From IMG/VR virus record IMGVR_UViG_3300018080_000100: DNA of 34,656 bases, one strand, 5' to 3'. The stretch comes from a virus. The position numbers were made by a program, and so were the translations under genes. Below, piece by piece: positions 32,630-34,656 of this stretch. Position 1 is the first letter of the stretch. Each line of letters starts with the position of its first letter. The notes beneath the pieces were generated by a model. The model made no database searches. It saw only the letters and a program-made list of their open reading frames with translations, and was not told the origin of the DNA.

Positions 32630-33766
32630 ATGGCCAAGAAGACTTCTGCTGCGGCCCTGAGAGAGCTCAAGACGCTTGAGCGCTACTCTAAACTCAGTCT
32701 GGACGACAAGATCCGTCAAATCCGTGACGCGGAGACGAAGCTGGATCGCGAGCGCAGTAAGCACCGCGAAACCAAGCGTAAACTCCGGCAGGCGGAGACC
32801 GATCTTACCATCAACGAAGAGAAGCTCGGTACTGTCCTGTGTATGCAGGACCACCTGGCTGATCGCAAAATCCCCGCCGCGAAGAAGCGCCGCGGGAAAG
32901 GCCAAGCCTCGGCAATCATCTGTTGCAATGATTGGCATGCCGAGCAGCAGGTTGCGCCCTCGCTGGTCAACGGACTCAACGAGTTCACCAAAGCGATTGC
33001 CAAGCGGCGCATCAAGCGCACATGGGAGCAAGCAGTATACTTGATCGAATTCGCTCGAAAGATCAGCAAGATCGACGAGGTCATCCTGTGGGCAGGTGGT
33101 GACCTCATGAACGGCATGATCCACGAGGAATATCAGCAGACCAACTGGGCTGGGCCGACAGACGCGGCCATTTTCGTACAGCAACAGCTGGTCGACGGTA
33201 TTAAGTACCTTCTCAAGAACACGAAGTGCAAGAATCTGCGCTTCCTGGCGAACCACGGCAACCACGGCCGTGCCACCGAGAAGAAGCGCATCCACACGCA
33301 GTGGTCGCACTCGTGGGAGTACCTCATCTACAACAACGTGGCCCAGGCGTTCGTTGGCGACAAGCGAGTCTCGTCGTTTATTGCCGACGGGCCGCTGCTC
33401 AACACGGACATCCAAGGGCACCTGTGTCGGTTCTCGCACGGTGACACCTTGAAGTTCCACGGCGGGCAGGCTGGGCTCATGGGGCCTGCCAACAGGGCGT
33501 TGCATCAATGGAACGCGCATGGCCGCGCGGAATTGACCGTGATCGGCCATTTCCACCAGTTTCTCACAAAGCCCGGCTTCGTTGCCTGCGGTAGCCTGAT
33601 CGGCTACGATCCGTATGCAGCAGCTATCCGAGCGGAGGCCGAAGCGCCTACCCAGACACTGATCGTCATGGACGCCGAGCACGGCAACATCATGACTACC
33701 CGGATCTTTTGTGAGGACAAGCCTAATGCGAATTCGCACTGGAGCACCCCCCAGTTCTGCGGCTAA
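32630..33766 (+). CDS. calcineurin-like metallophosphoesterase with N-terminal coiled-coil (378 aa)
   Basis: The start is refined to the ATG at 32630 (MAKKTSAA). The motifs follow the canonical order: CCNDWH (DxH), AGGDLMNG (GDxxD), LANHGNHG (GNH), and VIGHFH (GHxH). Confidence 0.75.
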   Translation: MAKKTSAAALRELKTLERYSKLSLDDKIRQIRDAETKLDRERSKHRETKRKLRQAETDLTINEEKLGTVLCMQDHLADRKIPAAKKRRGKGQASAIICCNDWHAEQQVAPSLVNGLNEFTKAIAKRRIKRTWEQAVYLIEFARKISKIDEVILWAGGDLMNGMIHEEYQQTNWAGPTDAAIFVQQQLVDGIKYLLKNTKCKNLRFLANHGNHGRATEKKRIHTQWSHSWEYLIYNNVAQAFVGDKRVSSFIADGPLLNTDIQGHLCRFSHGDTLKFHGGQAGLMGPANRALHQWNAHGRAELTVIGHFHQFLTKPGFVACGSLIGYDPYAAAIRAEAEAPTQTLIVMDAEHGNIMTTRIFCEDKPNANSHWSTPQFCG

Positions 33767-34328
33767 ACACATCTACCTGGACATGGACGGCGTGATGTGC
33801 AACGTGCACAAAGCGGTGCTGGCCATGCATGGGCGGATGGACCTGCTCGATAGGATCACCAGTCATGACATGGAAGAAGCCATGGGCATGTCCTTCCAGC
33901 AGATCTGGGGTCCTGTCGTTAAGGCAGGCTACGAGTTTTGGTACGACCTCGAGCCGTATCCGTGGACGTTCGAACTGTGGGCGTGGGCCCACGAAGTAGG
34001 CAGCGAGATCGGCATACTGAGCCGCCCGCTGATGTTCGAGTTCTTGGATGCGCATGAGGTCGGCTACTGCCTCCAAGGCAAAATGGCATGGCTGCGCAAA
34101 TACTTCGGCCGTGACTTCTACGACTTCATATTCACGACCGGCAAGGGCGCAGTATCACAGCCCGGCGTCATCCTCGTGGACGACGACGCGCGCTACGAAG
34201 ACGATTTCAACGCCCGCGGCGGGCGCCAGATCGTCTTCCCACAGCCCTACAATCGATTTGCCGCCCAGTGCGTAGACCCTATGGACTGCGTACGGGCGCA
34301 ATTTCAACGAATCGAGGACCAAACATGA
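33726..34328 (+). CDS. HAD-superfamily 5'(3')-deoxyribonucleotidase-like phosphatase
   Basis: The N-terminal HIYLDMDGVMCNV matches the HAD motif I (hhhDxDG[TV]) of NT5C-type nucleotidases. ILVDDD lies near the C-terminus. An ATG at 33726 has a GAGGA SD 8 nt upstream. It overlaps the preceding gene by 41 nt. Confidence 0.7.
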   Translation: MRIRTGAPPSSAAKHIYLDMDGVMCNVHKAVLAMHGRMDLLDRITSHDMEEAMGMSFQQIWGPVVKAGYEFWYDLEPYPWTFELWAWAHEVGSEIGILSRPLMFEFLDAHEVGYCLQGKMAWLRKYFGRDFYDFIFTTGKGAVSQPGVILVDDDARYEDDFNARGGRQIVFPQPYNRFAAQCVDPMDCVRAQFQRIEDQT

Positions 34329-34656
34329 AGATTGCGGTTTGCGGCCATGGCCGCTGCGGCAAAGACACCGTCTCCAACTGGTTCGATTACAGCACATCCC
34401 TGTGCTATCATGAAAGCACCAGCCAGGCGGCCGCCGCGCTGTGTTTCTCGCAATTACGCGAGAAATACGGCTATATCACCGTGGAAGAGGCGTTCGACGA
34501 TCGCCACAACCACCGGGAAGAGTGGGCCCAAATAATTTGGGCGCACAACGAGCCTGACGGTTTGACCCTGTATCGTGGTATGCTGGATACCAGCGACATC
34601 CTGAATGGCATCCGCCGTGCCGGCGAGTTGCAAGCATTGCTGGCACACCAGATGCT
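34325..34656 (+). CDS. P-loop kinase, deoxynucleoside monophosphate kinase-like (T4 gp1-like), 3' end truncated by window edge
   Basis: The open frame from the ATG at 34325 (overlapping the upstream TGA as ATGA) to the window end was translated by hand. It reads MKIAVCGHGRCGKDTVSNWFDY..., comparable with the T4 dNMP kinase N-terminus MKLIFLSGVKRSGKDTTADFI. It is not in the ORF track because it has no stop inside the window. Confidence 0.6.
   Translation, partial: MKIAVCGHGRCGKDTVSNWFDYSTSLCYHESTSQAAAALCFSQLREKYGYITVEEAFDDRHNHREEWAQIIWAHNEPDGLTLYRGMLDTSDILNGIRRAGELQALLAHQM

Noticed and set aside
1-34656. CRISPR arrays, integrase/att sites, transposase or IS elements, rRNA
   Set aside because: No regularly spaced direct repeats were seen. 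No tyrosine or serine recombinase or DDE motif ORF was found. Nothing rRNA-like was seen. The window appears to be uninterrupted phage replication and accessory genes.

Overview
This 34.7 kb window is visibly GC-rich and densely coding. Nearly every gene is on the minus strand, and most neighbours are linked by overlapping stop/start codons (ATGA, TAATG or TGATG junctions) behind canonical Shine-Dalgarno sites of the GGAGG/AGGAG class. That organisation and the gene content point to the DNA replication, recombination and nucleotide-metabolism region of a large virulent (possibly jumbo) bacteriophage of a GC-rich Gram-negative host. Nothing here looks like chromosomal housekeeping DNA.

Replication and recombination genes recognised from sequence motifs:
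- a family A DNA polymerase with a fused N-terminal family-4 uracil-DNA-glycosylase-like domain and a 3'-5' exonuclease domain
- a zinc-finger/TOPRIM primase
- a DnaB/T7 gp4-like helicase
- an SF2 DEAH helicase
- a RecA-superfamily ATPase
- an SbcC/Rad50-like and SbcD/Mre11-like pair

Nucleotide-metabolism genes:
- nucleoside diphosphate kinase
- a HAD-type 5'-deoxynucleotidase-like protein
- a T4 gp1-like dNMP kinase (3'-truncated by the window edge)
- a calcineurin-type metallophosphoesterase

Accessory and moron-like content:
- a stand-alone plus-strand csrA (RNA-binding global regulator) with its own sigma70-like promoter and strong ribosome-binding site
- an HldE-like bifunctional sugar kinase/nucleotidyltransferase, and a DxD-motif putative glycosyltransferase
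- a prepilin-type (type IV pilin/pseudopilin-like) protein at the head of an operon of unknown small proteins
- two small zinc-ribbon proteins
- a candidate ~80 nt plus-strand sRNA bounded by a good promoter and a textbook intrinsic terminator
- intergenic repeat clusters (GGACTTAG x3 and GTTACAA x2) that look like operator sites

No rRNA, tRNA, CRISPR array, integrase or transposase was detectable by eye. Many long ORFs in the supplied track are Arg-rich antisense artefacts of the GC-rich coding strand. One real gene at the left edge (1..671, minus strand) was missed by the track because it runs off the window.
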